From positions 32,550,001-32,614,000 of the forward strand of contig OZ024754.1 of the NCBI GenBank assembly GCA_964016885.1: DNA of 64,000 nucleotides. The letters run 5' to 3'. How positions within the stretch are numbered: position 1 is the first letter of the stretch; each line of letters opens with the position of its first letter. This document shows positions 42,421 to 56,108 of this stretch, one piece after another. The position numbers and the translations under genes are program-made. This stretch comes from Eledone cirrhosa. Taxonomy: Eukaryota. The notes beneath the pieces are model-generated. The model was given only the letters and a program-made list of their open reading frames with translations. It did no database searches and was not told the DNA's origin.

Positions 42421-42840
42421 ATATCTATCTATCTATCTATCTATCTAAGGCGGGTAAAATTCCAGAAGTCCATTGACGAGTTCTCTCCAGCGGTCTCTGT
42501 CCCTCATTATCGCTGCCATGTCCTGTGTCTCCAACAGACCAGTGTCTGTCCTTAGGGCATCAACATACGTTAACCTTGGTCTTCCTCTTCTAGTGTGTCC
42601 ATGTAGTGGAGTCTGTGCTGCTGTATGGGTCTGAGACTTGGACACTGACCAAGAAACTCACTCAGATGGTGGATGGATGCTACACGAGAATGCTGAGGAT
42701 GGCTCTGAACATTAATCAGTATACACTGAGGATGAAAAACTCAGAGCTGTATGGGAGCATCCCAAGAGTCAGCTCAAAAGTGACACAGAGGAGACTGAGG
42801 TTAGCTGGACATGCTCACCGACATCCAGAGTTGACATTAT
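42421..42840 (-). mobile_element. RTE-clade LINE 3' end with inverted 5' segment
   Basis: Minus 42445-42605 gives LHGHTRRGRPRLTYVD...RDRDRWRELV plus a (GATA)n tail; plus 42603-42838 gives VESVLLYGSETWTLT...RRLRLAGHAHRHPEL. Confidence 0.9.
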
Positions 42841-43335
42841 ATATATATATATATATATATAGAAAGATTTGAATGGATACAGTTTAGTTGAAAGGAATTT
42901 ATTGACACGTGTTTCTATAACAGTTACATATATATATATATATATATCCCATTCTCACCGAGAACAGACGTGTTTCTCTTGGCTCCCTCGCTGTTAATAG
43001 GTCTCTGGGATTAAATCTAGCTGCCTTTTTAAACTTCGTCCTCTCTCCATTTGGTTACTCTACATACACGTGCCACTGTTTTGTGTCTCCCCCTCTCTAT
43101 CGGTATGTTTTTTTCTCTTCTTTCTTTCTCTTCCGTTTTTCTTTCTCTCTTCGCTATCGTCTCTCTTTTGTTTTTTCGTTCCCTAATAACTTTCTAAATT
43201 ATTATCGCACTGCGGATAGATGTATTGTCTTTAATGGGCCGAAACATCTGAAACCCGCAGCAGAAAACTGATGCGTTTGTGTTTCCTTTACTTTCTAAAC
43301 ACTCGTTATTAGTAACCACACAGTCTTGTCCCTTT

Positions 43336-43441
<106 letters not shown>

Positions 43442-43559
43442 TGTATATATATATAATATATATAGTTGGTGTGGGATGCTTAAAGCGCCCGTATGCGATA
43501 GGCCGTTTGAGCACTCGATGCTCTTACAGAGCAGAGTATAATATCCGTTTCTTATGTGA

Positions 43560-43674
<115 letters not shown>

Positions 43675-43749
43675 CTCAATATTACAAAGTGAAGAACTGG
43701 GATTGAAAGCGCATTCATTTTATAGCAGATATTTTATTCTGTGAGTTAA

Positions 43750-44480
43750 ACTCAGGTTTCAAGGTGACCGGTACTCCGCGGTAGTATTCTTTCCTGATTT
43801 TCTCTTTCATTCTGGCGTGATGAATAACTTGGCGTTCATTGATCTCGAAATACTTGTAGGGTTGTTCTTCTTACAAACATTAATTTTTGTTTCCATGTTT
43901 ATTTTCTTGGAATTGCTCCTTGTCATTGTGTCTTTCTTGAATGTTGCTTTCCTGCCTTTCTCCAGGCCATATTGCATCTCTGTATCATCGCCGAGCACCT
44001 TAATTATATTCTGCAATCCTTTCAATGAGCTGTCATCCATATAAACAGATGGTTTATGAATTTACCATCTATTTTTAACCATATTGCATTTTGTTGAGCT
44101 CTAGTGTCAATAGTATGAATGCAATGCAAACTATCAGAGGAGTAAACAGAAAATACCACAGTTAATATTTATGTTCCTGGACATTTTAGTCCCATCTGTG
44201 GCCGACAGTAATGGATTTACATTTCATACAGACATGCTTCATACAGAAAGTTTGATATGACTTTGGAAATTTTCAGAACATCCAAAGACTTCAAATTCCT
44301 TGAGTGGAGAATCAATCAAAACAGTACTTAAACATTTGTGCTTGTTATGACAGTTTTCCACAATCACACGCTTAATTAACAGTTGGTCTTTATAACCGTA
44401 AGAGACACGGCGACAATCTTTCTGCTCAATGGGGGAAAAGATTATTTTCGTCGATAAATGTGTAGCTTCTCTCATTCAAA
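43750..44480 (-). mobile_element. Old degenerate R4/Dong-like LINE RT fragment
   Basis: EQKDCRRVSYGYKDQLLI..NCH..HKCLSTVLID and NHLFMDD..DDTEMQYGLEK. Confidence 0.82.
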
Positions 44481-44710
44481 TTTGAGGTGAGACATTTGTA
44501 TGACGTGAAAAAGCATAAAAAAATTCCCGCTTCATTCACCGCCATCTTAATTCAGCAAATGTTCTATCTCTTACACTTTCTCTTCTCTGTTTATTTTAAC
44601 TTATTTTGTTTGTTTGGGAAGATGTGTGGCTTAGTGATTAAAGCGTTGGGCTCATGCAACTCTACACGTACTTTTTACATGTATTTTCTTTCTATTCTTT
44701 TCTCTTAGAC

Positions 44711-45047
44711 CAGAGGTTCTCAAACCTTTTGAGCCCCCCCCCCCCACAGCCACGTAATATCCTCAGCGCTCCCACCCCTATTTCCAGACAGACCTGCCTA
44801 CACGCAAATTGTAAATAATATGTAATAAATAAAATCGTTAATCTGTATATAATTAATAATATAATATATACTATGTATACATTATATACTTTTTATTTTA
44901 CTATATTTATATATAATGTATATCATTTAATATTCAATACATTGTTATAACATCTATACCTCCTCCGCCCCTTAGGACCTAGCCCCCCCCCCCTGGACCT
45001 TCTCAATGCCCCTCCCTGGGCGTTAGCATCCACATTGATAACCTCTG
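44711..45047. mobile_element. hAT (Charlie-like) MITE
   Basis: TIR CAGAGGTTCTCAA / TTGATAACCTCTG; flanks TCTTAGAC and TCATACAC (6/8 match, decayed 8-bp TSD). Confidence 0.75.
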
Positions 45048-45204
45048 TCATACACTATCTTTCCAAAGAAGGACTGAAGCCCGAAACGTCAAAGAACATT
45101 TTATTTCCATTTCCGGAGTGTCAACATAATAAATTGCAATAGTATACCTTGACTTTTGTGTTATCAGGGGCCCACGGTAGTACCTTTGAGGCTAATGCAA
45201 GTAT

Positions 45205-45522
45205 TTGGTGGTGGTGGTGTTGGTGGTAGTGCTAGTGGTGGTGGTGGCGGTGTTAGCGTTGGTGTTAGTGGTTGTTGTCGGTGGTGCTGGTGCTGGCGGT
45301 GGTGCTAGTAGTGGTGGTGGTGGTGTTAGTGGTGGTAATGGTAGTGGTGGCAGTGGTAGTGGTAGCAGTGATGATATTGGTGGTGGTGGTGGTGTAATTA
45401 GTGGTGTGGTGCTGGTGCTGTTAGTAGTAGTGGTAGTAGTGATGATGGTGGTAGTGGTGGTGTTGGTAGTGGTGTGGATGCTGGTGGTAGTAGTTGTGGT
45501 GTTGGTGCTAAAATTGGTATTG

Positions 45523-45585
<63 letters not shown>

Positions 45586-47050
45586 ATGGTAGTGGTAGTG
45601 GTGGTACTAGAATTGGTATTGGTAGTAGTAGTGGTAGTGGTAGTGGTAGTGGTAGTGGCGGTGGTGGTACTGCTCCTAGTAGTGGTAGTGATAGTAGTGA
45701 TGGTGGTGGTAGTGGTAGCGTTGATAGTGTTGATAGTGCTGGTAGTAGTAGTAGTAGTGATGCTTGTATTGGCATTGGTAGTAGTATTGGTCGTTGTGGT
45801 AATGGTGGTGGTGCTGGTGGTAGTAGTGGTGGTGGTAGTAGTGGTGGTGGTAGTTGTGGTGTTGTTATTGGTAGTAGTAGCGGTGGTCTCCGTGGTATTG
45901 GTGGTGCTGGTGGTATTTTGTAGTAGTTGGGTGGTGGTAATAGTGGTGGTGGTAGTAGTGGTGTTGTTATTGGTAGTAGTAGTGGTGGTCTCCGTGGTAT
46001 TGGTAGTAGTAGTGGTGGTCTCCGTGGTATTGGTGGTGCTGGTGGTATTTTGTAGTAGTTGGGTGGTGGTAGTAGTGGTGGTGGTAGTAGTGGTATTGTT
46101 ATTGGTAGTAGTAGTGGTGGTCTCCGTGGTATTTTGTAGTAGTTGGGGTGGTGGTAGTGGTGGTGGTTCTGCTTCTGGTAATTGTAATGATAGTAGTGAT
46201 GGTGGTGATGGTGATGTTGATATTGATGGGAATTATGGCGGCAATAGCGGCAATGGTGGTGGCGGCGGCGGTGATGGTGGTGGTGGTGGTGGTGATGCTA
46301 GATGAGGTGGTGGCGGGGTTTGGTGTCGGTGGTGAGGTTTTGTGTGAGGAGGAGTAGGAGGAGCAGGAAGAGGAGGCGGAGAGGAAGGGAGGGGGTGGTG
46401 GTGTGGTGTGGTGTGGTGTGGTGTGGTGCGGTGAGGCGGGGCTGGGTTGAATGAAATGTTAACTTACCCCACTGTGGCAGCCACTGGTGGCAGAAATTAA
46501 TAAGGAGTTCAGCTGAACGTCACAGGGGGGAAATAGACTGAACCGGAAGTGATGTCTCACCTCTCATACCAACGGCATTATGGACGTCACCATTGCTGCC
46601 AGCGACAAGACAACCGCCGCCACCACCATCACCACTACCACCATCACCATCACAACCAACACCACCGCCACTAGCACCACCATCAACATCGCCACCATCA
46701 CCACCACCAACACCACAATCCACCACCACCACCACCACTACCACCACCTACACCACAATCCACCACCACCACCACCACCACCACCAACACCACAATCCAC
46801 CACCATCACCACCACCAACACCACAATCCACCACCACCACCACCACCACCACCTACACCACAATCCACCACCACCACCACTACCACCACCAACACCACAA
46901 TCCACCACCATCACCACCACCACCACCACCATCACCATCACCACCACCACCACCACTACCACCACCGCCATCACCATCGCAGCCACCGCTACCGACACCG
47001 CCACCGACACCAACACCGCCACCACCGTTACAACGACGACCACCACTCCT
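45205..47050. repeat. (GTG/GTA)n tract with internal duplications, then (CAC)n tract, around a ~170-bp unique island
   Basis: Direct reading. Confidence 0.9.
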
Positions 47051-47571
47051 ACACATACGCACACACACACACACACAATCACACCGATGTATACACACAC
47101 ACACACATATACACATACACACATATCCACTCGCGCACGCACGTACACACAAACACACACACACGCACACACACACGTACGACACACATAATCGCATTCA
47201 TATGCACACACACATGCACATACATATACACACACGCACATACACACAGACACAAAAGCACACACACATACACACAAATACACATACACGTATACACATA
47301 CACATATATGTAGTTGTTAAGCCCTCCACAACTATGCAGGTTTAGGAGAGCTTCTACGTGGTTACGTTTTCAGATTTTTCGTGTGGTCCTCATTACAGGT
47401 CACACCTACGTGGGTTTAGCTGCTCTCCCTTGAGATCCTATATCAGAGGAGGTTTCTTGGTTGTTTTAGTGATAGTTAACTCAGTTCTATCACGAAAGCA
47501 ATATGAAACGAAGTGAAGAGCACAACTCGTCACACGGTCAAGTAATGGGACATACGACCTAATGACCGTGG

Positions 47572-47840
47572 TGGAGGCTCGCGGCTTACTGGTAAGGGTG
47601 TTAGACCTACGATCATAATGTCGTGGGTTCGATTTCTTGACTAATTTGTGTGTTTTGTTCTTGAGCAAAACACTTTATTTCATGCTGCACCAGTATACTC
47701 AGCTGTAAATGAGTACAAGTAATATCTGCGAGTCTAACCCAGCGATGGAGTGTACTCTAAGACTGTACAAGACAGTCTTGTACTTTCAGTCGCTTAACGC
47801 CACGGAAACCTTGATAAGCACTGGTCTGAGACAGGCTTTA
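47572..47840 (+). mobile_element. Second tRNA-derived SINE family
   Basis: A-box-like ggcttactggt, B-box ggttcgattt, core gttcttgagcaaaacactttatttca..actcagctg. Confidence 0.8.
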
Positions 47841-48591
47841 GACTTTAGACTTATGATCGTCAGTATAACACTGACCGCTAGACTACACTCTTCCATAGAA
47901 TTGTTATCTGTTAGAATTCCTCAGAATTGTGACTCAGTATATTGCTCATAATCCCCACAACTCAGCAACTGTTTATCAACCATCAATATCTATAAGGGGT
48001 CATAGTGGGGTTCATCGCTAGGAGTTAAGTGTCTTAATCCTCTTCATTACCAGCGTTCTAATGCCTATTATTTTTCAAATGATTTTAAAAGTAATCAATA
48101 ATTTAGAGGGATTTATTGGGCAACTAACTTTCTCATTTTTAAATATTGATATTTGGTGTAACTTAACAGACTCTCGGATGTTTTGATTTGAATAGGGTTA
48201 ACTGAGAATATGCAACGAACTAGCAGTATGAAGGTACTAACAGCAGTACTGACCTTTAATTATTTATTCTTTAAATAATAATTATTTATTCTTTAAATAA
48301 TTACGTATTATTATACCAACCAATGCACAATCATCTATGATAGTTATGACTTGCCGATAAGACGGAAACATGTCCCAGTTGTCTCCCGTACTTGAAGGGG
48401 AAACGGAAATATTACTAGTCATTGCTTTGTACTCAACATATAAGTATCTGTACTTAGATTAAGGCCACCCACAATCTATTTTCTTACTATTGAACATTGT
48501 CATTTATATCTTAATCAATTATTTCTATCTTATACATATATATATATATATATATATGCAGATATATACATACACACGCATATAGATATAT

Positions 48592-48632
<41 letters not shown>

Positions 48633-48977
48633 CCTCTCCCCCCCCTCTCTCCCTCTCTCTCTCTCTCTTTATATATATATATATGTATTGTTTACTTCAT
48701 ATTTTTCTTTCCCCACCCCTCTCCCTATATAGTATTTCCTTTCCTTTTCATTTTTCGAACTTGCCCAAAACATTTCATCCACCCCGCCATGATTCATGTC
48801 ACCTGACCGTCTCTCGGGGAGAGAAATAAGAAAATAAAAACAACAAAAAAGCATCATTCGTTACTACCATTGCCTGCTATTTCTTGCATTGTTACCAATT
48901 CCATAGAATTCACCATTTTCTCAGCTGCCAACATCTACTACTGCTGCCTTCGGCTTCATTAATGTCAACAGTCAACA

Positions 48978-49034
<57 letters not shown>

Positions 49035-49052
49035 TATATATACATATATATA

Positions 49053-49274
<222 letters not shown>

Positions 49275-49292
49275 TATATATACATATATATA

Positions 49293-49477
<185 letters not shown>

Positions 49478-49859
49478 ATATATATATAAATATTTATACA
49501 CATATTTACGCGCTTATTAAAATACACAGACAGTCATAGATAGGTCCCCCCCCCCCCCGAAAAAAAAGCACACACACATACATACACACTCACAATCACA
49601 CTTATACACACACATCACACGCATACACACACATCCTACACACAGTTCCCACATAGCACACACTCACACACCACATCATACACACATCACACTTACACAT
49701 ATACACTATAGAGAGACACAGGTATTCATATAGAAACATCCTCACGTGTGTTCACGTGTAACCCATTTCCTTTATTATCTATCGACACCACAACAGGCAG
49801 AAATCTAAATTCTTCCACCTATACATACATATATACTTACCTATATACATACATACATG

Positions 49860-50258
49860 GTGGCTGCCAACTCGTTTTCGAGTACGGCCACTACTTTATA
49901 TCCATGTAGGAGAACTCCTACCGATGCGCTGAACGAGTGTGACTTTTTAGTCCAGCCAGCGACTTGAAAACTCTGGTGCAAACACTACACTTGTGACAAT
50001 TATTGACACACAGTGCTGGGCCCATGGTACCATGTGACGACAAGTGCAGAGAGATCTCCAGATATAAAGCAATGCCTGTGTCGTGAAGCTTTTATAGTGA
50101 GGAAAGGCACTGCACAAAGCCAGTCCCACTCTCTTAACCAAGATGATATTTACCAAAAAGAAGAACAAGTCAATATCATTGGATATCATCAGGGTTGCAG
50201 GTGTTATATCAGAGTTTTCCTTCTAGAATTCTGCCTTGACAAAGGCTAAGGGGTCATA
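49860..50258 (-). repeat. ~400-bp dispersed repeat, inverted partner of 56893-57294
   Basis: High identity and same boundaries. Confidence 0.9.
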
Positions 50259-50329
50259 CATACATACATCCGTACACACATACATATGTGTTATATAGAC
50301 ACACACACACATATATGTTATATAGACTG

Positions 50330-50465
50330 AAGGTGCGTGGCTTAGTGGTTAGAGTGTTAGATTCACAATGGCAACGTTGAGTTCGATTCCTGGACGGAGC
50401 GTCGGGTTATGTTCTTGAGCAAGACACTTTATTTCACGTTGTTCCTGTTCACTCAGCTGCAGAAA
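50330..50465 (+). mobile_element. Second SINE family copy
   Basis: gtggcttagtggttagagtg..gagttcgattcc..gttcttgagcaagacactttatttcac. Confidence 0.82.
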
Positions 50466-50572
50466 TGGTCTGGGATGTCGTGCCAAGCTATATCTCTTTC
50501 TGCCTCTGCTTCTGCTTTTCCCTTGGATAATGCCGTTAGCACGGAGAAGGGAGACTGGTGTGCATGGGTAAC

Positions 50573-51091
50573 TTGGTTTTCTACAACAGTAAAGTGTTGG
50601 TCTTCTAAAACAAGAGAATGTTGGTTTTCTACAACAATAGACTGTTGGTTTTATACAACAAGACAATGTTGGTCTTATACAACAATAGACTGTTGGTCTT
50701 ATACAACATTAGACTGTTATTCTTCTACAACAATAGACTGTTGGTTTTCTACAACAATAGACTGTTGGTTTTCTACAACAATAGACTGTTGGTCGTATAC
50801 AACAAGAGAATGTTGGTCTTCTACAAGAAAAGACTGTTGGTCTTCTACAACAATAGACTGTTGGTCTTCTACAACAATAGACTGTTGGTCTTCTTCAACA
50901 ATAGACCGTTGGTCTTCTACAACAATAGACTGTTGGTCTTCTACAACAATAGACTGTTGGTCTTCTTCAACAATAGACCGTTGGTCTTCTACAACAATAG
51001 ACTGTTGGTCTTCTACAACAATAGACTGTTGGTCTTCTTCAACAATAGACCGTTGGTCTTCTACAACAATAGACTGTTGGTCTTCTACAAC
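50573..51091. repeat. 24-bp minisatellite TTGGTCTTCTACAACAATAGACTG, ~21.5 copies
   Basis: Direct reading; source of the CWSSTTID ORF. Confidence 0.95.
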
Positions 51092-51597
51092 TTGTGCCTA
51101 AATCAGAAACCATTATTACTTATTTCAATGGCAGTATCCTAGAGGTTGGAAGGTGTCAATAGAAGACCACCCGGCGTTTATGATCTGAATGAGACCCGGA
51201 ATCCTTAATGTGTAAGGAGTTAAGGGCAAAACCATTTGCATAAGGGGCGGGGGTTTCTTCTTTGAAGACATTCTTTGTTCAACTCTCTACTGTTTCTTAA
51301 TACCAACATAACTAAGTTAGTAACTTAACATATTGGTCTTATATAAATTATGTAGGAAACTTTTCAGTTTAATACGAAGCCTTTAAAATAGGTAGTTGGG
51401 TTTCATAGAAGAAGAGACCAGGTTGGTATGAAATGGGTGAATCTCATCCACAAATATAGCTAGGACCAGCTTTTCCCGCTTTACAGATATGTTACAAGAT
51501 CTTCAAGCATAGGGTGTGCTTCTACCTCACATTCTGTGCAACTCTCTGTCAGTCTGTATATACAACAAAAACGACATCATCAACAACATCATTAAAA

Positions 51598-51927
51598 AAT
51601 AATTGTTTCTACTTTTGGCACAAGGCCAGCAATTACCCAGTGCATTACTGGTACTTTATTTTATCGACCCCGTAAGGACGAAAGGCAAAGTCAACCTCGG
51701 CAGGATTTGAACTCAGATCAGAAAGGGGCGTAACTCTGTGCTACAAAGCATGTTGTCCGACCCTCTACCAATACTGCCAAACCACCGCCCTAAAAAATAA
51801 TAATAGCAATCAGTTGTAGTACTAATAATAATAATAATAATAACAACAATGATAATAATTGTTTCTACTTTTGGCACAAGGCCAGCAATTACCCCAGTGT
51901 ATTACCTCGGTGGGATCTGAACTCAGA
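51598..51927 (-). mobile_element. SINE main family: full copy 51598-51791 and internally deleted copy 51855-51927
   Basis: Shared tail, core and B box. Confidence 0.88.
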
Positions 51928-51937
51928 TAGTAGTAAC

Positions 51938-51989
<52 letters not shown>

Positions 51990-52106
51990 ATATAGTTGTA
52001 GTAGTAGTGTAGCAGCAGCAGCAGCAGCAACAGTAGTAGTAATAGTAGTAGTAGTAGTAGTAGTAGTATAAGTAGTAGTATTTCAGAGGAGAGATAGATA
52101 GATAGT

Positions 52107-52141
<35 letters not shown>

Positions 52142-52598
52142 TGTGTGTGTGTGTGTGTCTGTGTGTGTGAGAGAGATATGGAGTGCAAATGAAAGAAAAT
52201 AGAAAAAACAAAACAAAAAACAAAACACAAATAAGATAGAAAGAAACATATAGGAGAAGAAAAATCGAAGATATGAGAATACTTTACAAAAGAGCAGACC
52301 AGGAAGCAACTGGCGCCCTCATCCGTAGATATCTGCAAACCTCACGGTAGTTTGTCGGTCTTTGTAAACCCTGCTCCCACCTCATTCAATACAAACCATT
52401 CAAAATAGTCTGCATTTACTTGTGCAATGCCACCAGCAACTTGGTTCTCTCCAAGTTTCCGTTCCTGCCTAACTCGGCTTCCGTCCAAAAATGAGGAATA
52501 AAAACCATTTAAAACTAATATATATTTATATGTATATATGTGTACGTACTTACGTATGTATGTATGTATGTTTGTATGTTTGTATGTATGTATGCATG

Positions 52599-52630
<32 letters not shown>

Positions 52631-52701
52631 TATATACATATTAATATATATTCATACACAGACACACACATATATATATACACACATATATACATACAAA
52701 C

Positions 52702-52780
<79 letters not shown>

Positions 52781-52810
52781 TACATACATATATATATGCA
52801 TATATATATA

Positions 52811-52882
<72 letters not shown>

Positions 52883-52912
52883 TACATACATATATATATG
52901 CATATATATATA

Positions 52913-52984
<72 letters not shown>

Positions 52985-53156
52985 GAATGAATAATAAGAT
53001 CCTGTTGTTGTTTTGAGGGCAGACATATTTGGTATTTCTAGAGAAAGACAGAATGCAGAGGTGGTGTTCAATATTTTCGTGAAAAGCACCAACACAGGTG
53101 GGACTTAGAATTGGGAGAACAGAGAGTCAACAATGACACAGCCACAATGGTATCAG

Positions 53157-53660
53157 GAAGAAGAAGAAGAAGAAGAAGAAGAAGAAGAAGAAGAAGAAGA
53201 AGAAGAAGAAGAAGAAGAAGAAGAAGATGTAGAAGAAGAAGAAGACGACGAAGAATATGAAGATGAAGAAGAATAAGAAGAAGGAAAAGAAGAAGGGGAG
53301 AAGAAGAAGAAGAAGAAGAAGAAGAAGAAGAAGAAGAAGAAGAAGAAGAAGAAGAAACAGAAGAAGAAGAAGAAGAAGAAGAAGAAGAAGAAGAAGAAGA
53401 AGAAGAAGAAGAAGACGACGAAGAATATGAAGATGAAGAAGAATAAGAAGAAGGAAAAGAAGAAGGGGAGAAGAAGAAGAAGAAGAAGAAGAAGAAGAAG
53501 AAGGAGAAGAAGAAGAAGAAGAAGAAGAAGAAGAAGAAGAAGAAGAAGAAGAAGAAGAAGAAGAAGAAGAAGAAGAAGACGACGACGAAGAATATGAAGA
53601 TGAAGAAGAATAAGAAGAAGGAAAAGAAGAAGGGGAGAAGAAGAAAAAGAAAAAGGAGTG
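53157..53660. repeat. (GAA)n with three copies of a ~55-bp variant block (~168-bp period)
   Basis: gacgacgaagaatatgaagatg...aggggag at ~53244, 53414 and 53581. Confidence 0.9.
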
Positions 53661-53756
53661 ACGAAAAAGAAGAAAAAATTGACAATAATATTTATTGTAT
53701 TGTAGCATAACATCAATAAAATAATTGTATATATGTAATGGATATATACGTACACA

Positions 53757-53847
<91 letters not shown>

Positions 53848-53935
53848 GTGTGTGTGTCTGCATTGAGAGAAAAAGAAAGAGAGAAAAGAGGAGAGACAGA
53901 TCTCTCAATATTATAAACAAACAGAAACTCTATAA

Positions 53936-53984
<49 letters not shown>

Positions 53985-54306
53985 ATATATGTGTGTGTAT
54001 TTGTGTGTATGTGTGTGTATGTATGCTTATATATATATATACATATATACAAGTATATATATATATGCTTGTCTATATGTATATATGTATATATGTATAT
54101 AAGCATACACACACATATATATAAATATATATACAGAATACATATATATATTTCTTTCAGCTCTCTGCGCCCCGAGTTCAGATCCTGCCACGGTCAACAT
54201 TTTATCCGTTCTCTTGTGACATATTATATGTGTAACCACCTTCAACTATCCTCTCGGCTAACCTAACGATATATTTAGTGGTAAAAATAAGCAACATAGC
54301 TGTCCA

Positions 54307-54358
<52 letters not shown>

Positions 54359-54522
54359 GGGGTAACAAATAATAGTTACATCTAGTCCCCTTAGGTGTAG
54401 TCCAGTTATGGTATTCCGGGTAGTGGATGATATCTCTAGACCTACCAGTTCAGAGAAACAATTGTCAGCAATGAGATTAAAATCCTTTTTTGTATTGCAA
54501 ACCATGTCAATCTTCTTTCCTG

Positions 54523-54565
<43 letters not shown>

Positions 54566-54569
<4 letters not shown>

Positions 54570-54799
54570 GTATAAAAATCAATACAATATAATTACCTCA
54601 TTACCAGAGGTTTCTCGAATGACGCGAATACGAAATAAACGAATGAAGTCGTTTATTTCGTATTCGCCTCATTCGGGAAACCTCTGGTAATGAGGTAATT
54701 ATATTGTATTGATTTTTATACATTAAATTTTGCTCTGATACTTACATAGAGCACTCTTCATTTCTATGACCTTTTCTGTTTCCAACGGAAATTTCAATA

Positions 54800-54800
<1 letters not shown>
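54566..54800. mobile_element. Hairpin element (palindrome 54566-54725) with hammerhead 3' halves; tail related to family D
   Basis: GAAA-CC-TCT-GG-TA-ATGAGG on each arm; tail gctctgatacttacatagagcactc. Confidence 0.8.
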
Positions 54801-54855
<55 letters not shown>

Positions 54856-54880
54856 TGTAATAAACAACATAAGGCAATTA

Positions 54881-54940
54881 TTCCATTTACCAGTGGTTTC
54901 TTAAAAGCAAAAGATTTTGCTTTCAATCCTCAGAATGAAA
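54881..54940 (-). ncRNA. Canonical type I hammerhead ribozyme, family D
   Basis: Stem I TTTCATT/AATGGAA, CTGAGGA, stem [30 protein letters not shown], stem III ACC-ACT-GGT, GUA site. Confidence 0.9.
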
Positions 54941-55315
54941 AAATCCTGGTCTGTTTATTGAATTTGGATTTTTTTAAATTTTTTTATTTTTTTTATTAAG
55001 CTCTGTTACCTACATAGAGCACTCTTTTTCCTGGACTTTTCCGACGGAATTACTTCATTTATATATATATATATATATACGTTTATATAATTATTTATTT
55101 ATTTGTATACACGCATACACACACATATTTATATGTGCGTGGTTTTGTATATCTATGGTAAGGTTTTGCGTATGCTTGTGTATGTACGTATTTGTTTGCG
55201 TGTATGTATTTATTTATTTCTATTACTTCTGTATTGTATTTATTTACTTTGTTATTAACTCTGAAGCGGAGATTCATTTGGTTTCCTAGTTAGAATTTTA
55301 GTCTACAACTTCTGC

Positions 55316-55566
55316 TATACCATTTACGTGGTTTTGTCTTTGCGTGCTATTGTTCCCCACGCTCCACATATGACGTATTATCTTCGTGTTTTCGTTCATT
55401 GCCAGAGAACGTCTCTATGCACGACCTAAGAGAACATTAGTCTACGACCTCTTTTATACCATAAACGTGGTTCTGTCTTTGCGCGTAATTGTTTTTCACC
55501 GCTCCTATTAATGACGTATTATATTCGTTTTTTCCCGTTCTTTGCCAGCGAACGTTTCCACGAACC
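55316..55566. repeat. Diverged tandem duplication, ~140-bp period
   Basis: tatacca..acgtggtt.tgtctttgcg..atgacgtattat..ttgccag.gaacgt occurs twice. Confidence 0.8.
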
Positions 55567-55646
55567 AAAGTATCGTCTTCCTGTCTTCCTCCGGTTGCAA
55601 CGTTTTTTGAAATATCCACTTCTGCGTTTACAGATTGACTTTGTTA

Positions 55647-55695
55647 GTTTCAGAAGATCCCGTTAAGGGTGAAAGCAGCGATTCTTTGCTTAAAC
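55647..55695 (+). ncRNA. Hammerhead-like motif, family H, core CAGAAGA
   Basis: GTTT-CAGAAGA-TCCC-GTTAA-GGGT-GAAA-GCA..TGC-TT-AAAC; all three stems can be drawn. Confidence 0.6.
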
Positions 55696-55863
55696 ATTAA
55701 TCTGTTATTTTAATAAATATATATATATATATGCAAAAGTTTTATTTAAAATTGTTGGGTTACAACAAGTAAATATTTTATAACTGGTATAAAGCACTCG
55801 ACAAGTTTTTGGAGTAGATATACGATATTAAACAAATGGAAACTATATTTATAAAACCATATT

Positions 55864-55929
55864 TATTTCATTATACATATTTCGGGGATACCATATTAAA
55901 AATATGGCATGCCTTCGTCAGATAAAATA
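55864..55929 (-). ncRNA. Type I hammerhead ribozyme, family A
   Basis: Reverse complement of 56043-56108. Confidence 0.83.
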
Positions 55930-56042
55930 CAATATATAAACAGTTTTATAAATAATTTTGACGTACCATAACCATCTTCGTACATAATGGTCGCTCATAT
56001 TTATGGTACGTCAAAATTATTTATAAAACTGTTAATATATTG

Positions 56043-56108
56043 TATTTTATCTGACGAAGGCATGCCATATTTTTAATATGGTATCCCCGAAATATGTATA
56101 ATGAAATA
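56043..56108 (+). ncRNA. Type I hammerhead ribozyme, family A
   Basis: TATTTTAT/ATGAAATA stem I, CTGACGA 56051-56057, ATGCCATATT/AATATGGTAT stem II, GAAA 56089-56092, AUA site at 56100. Confidence 0.85.

Noticed and set aside
45057-45096. Hammerhead related to 21261
   Set aside because: Core reads CCAAAGA and stem II is mismatched; too decayed to call
47930-48400. GIY-YIG relic plus hammerhead (CCGATAA..GAAACATGTC)
   Set aside because: Only faint motif resemblance, and the two signals lie on opposite strands
50409-51142. 230-aa and 174-aa repeat proteins
   Set aside because: The longer frame starts inside a SINE and both run through a 24-bp minisatellite
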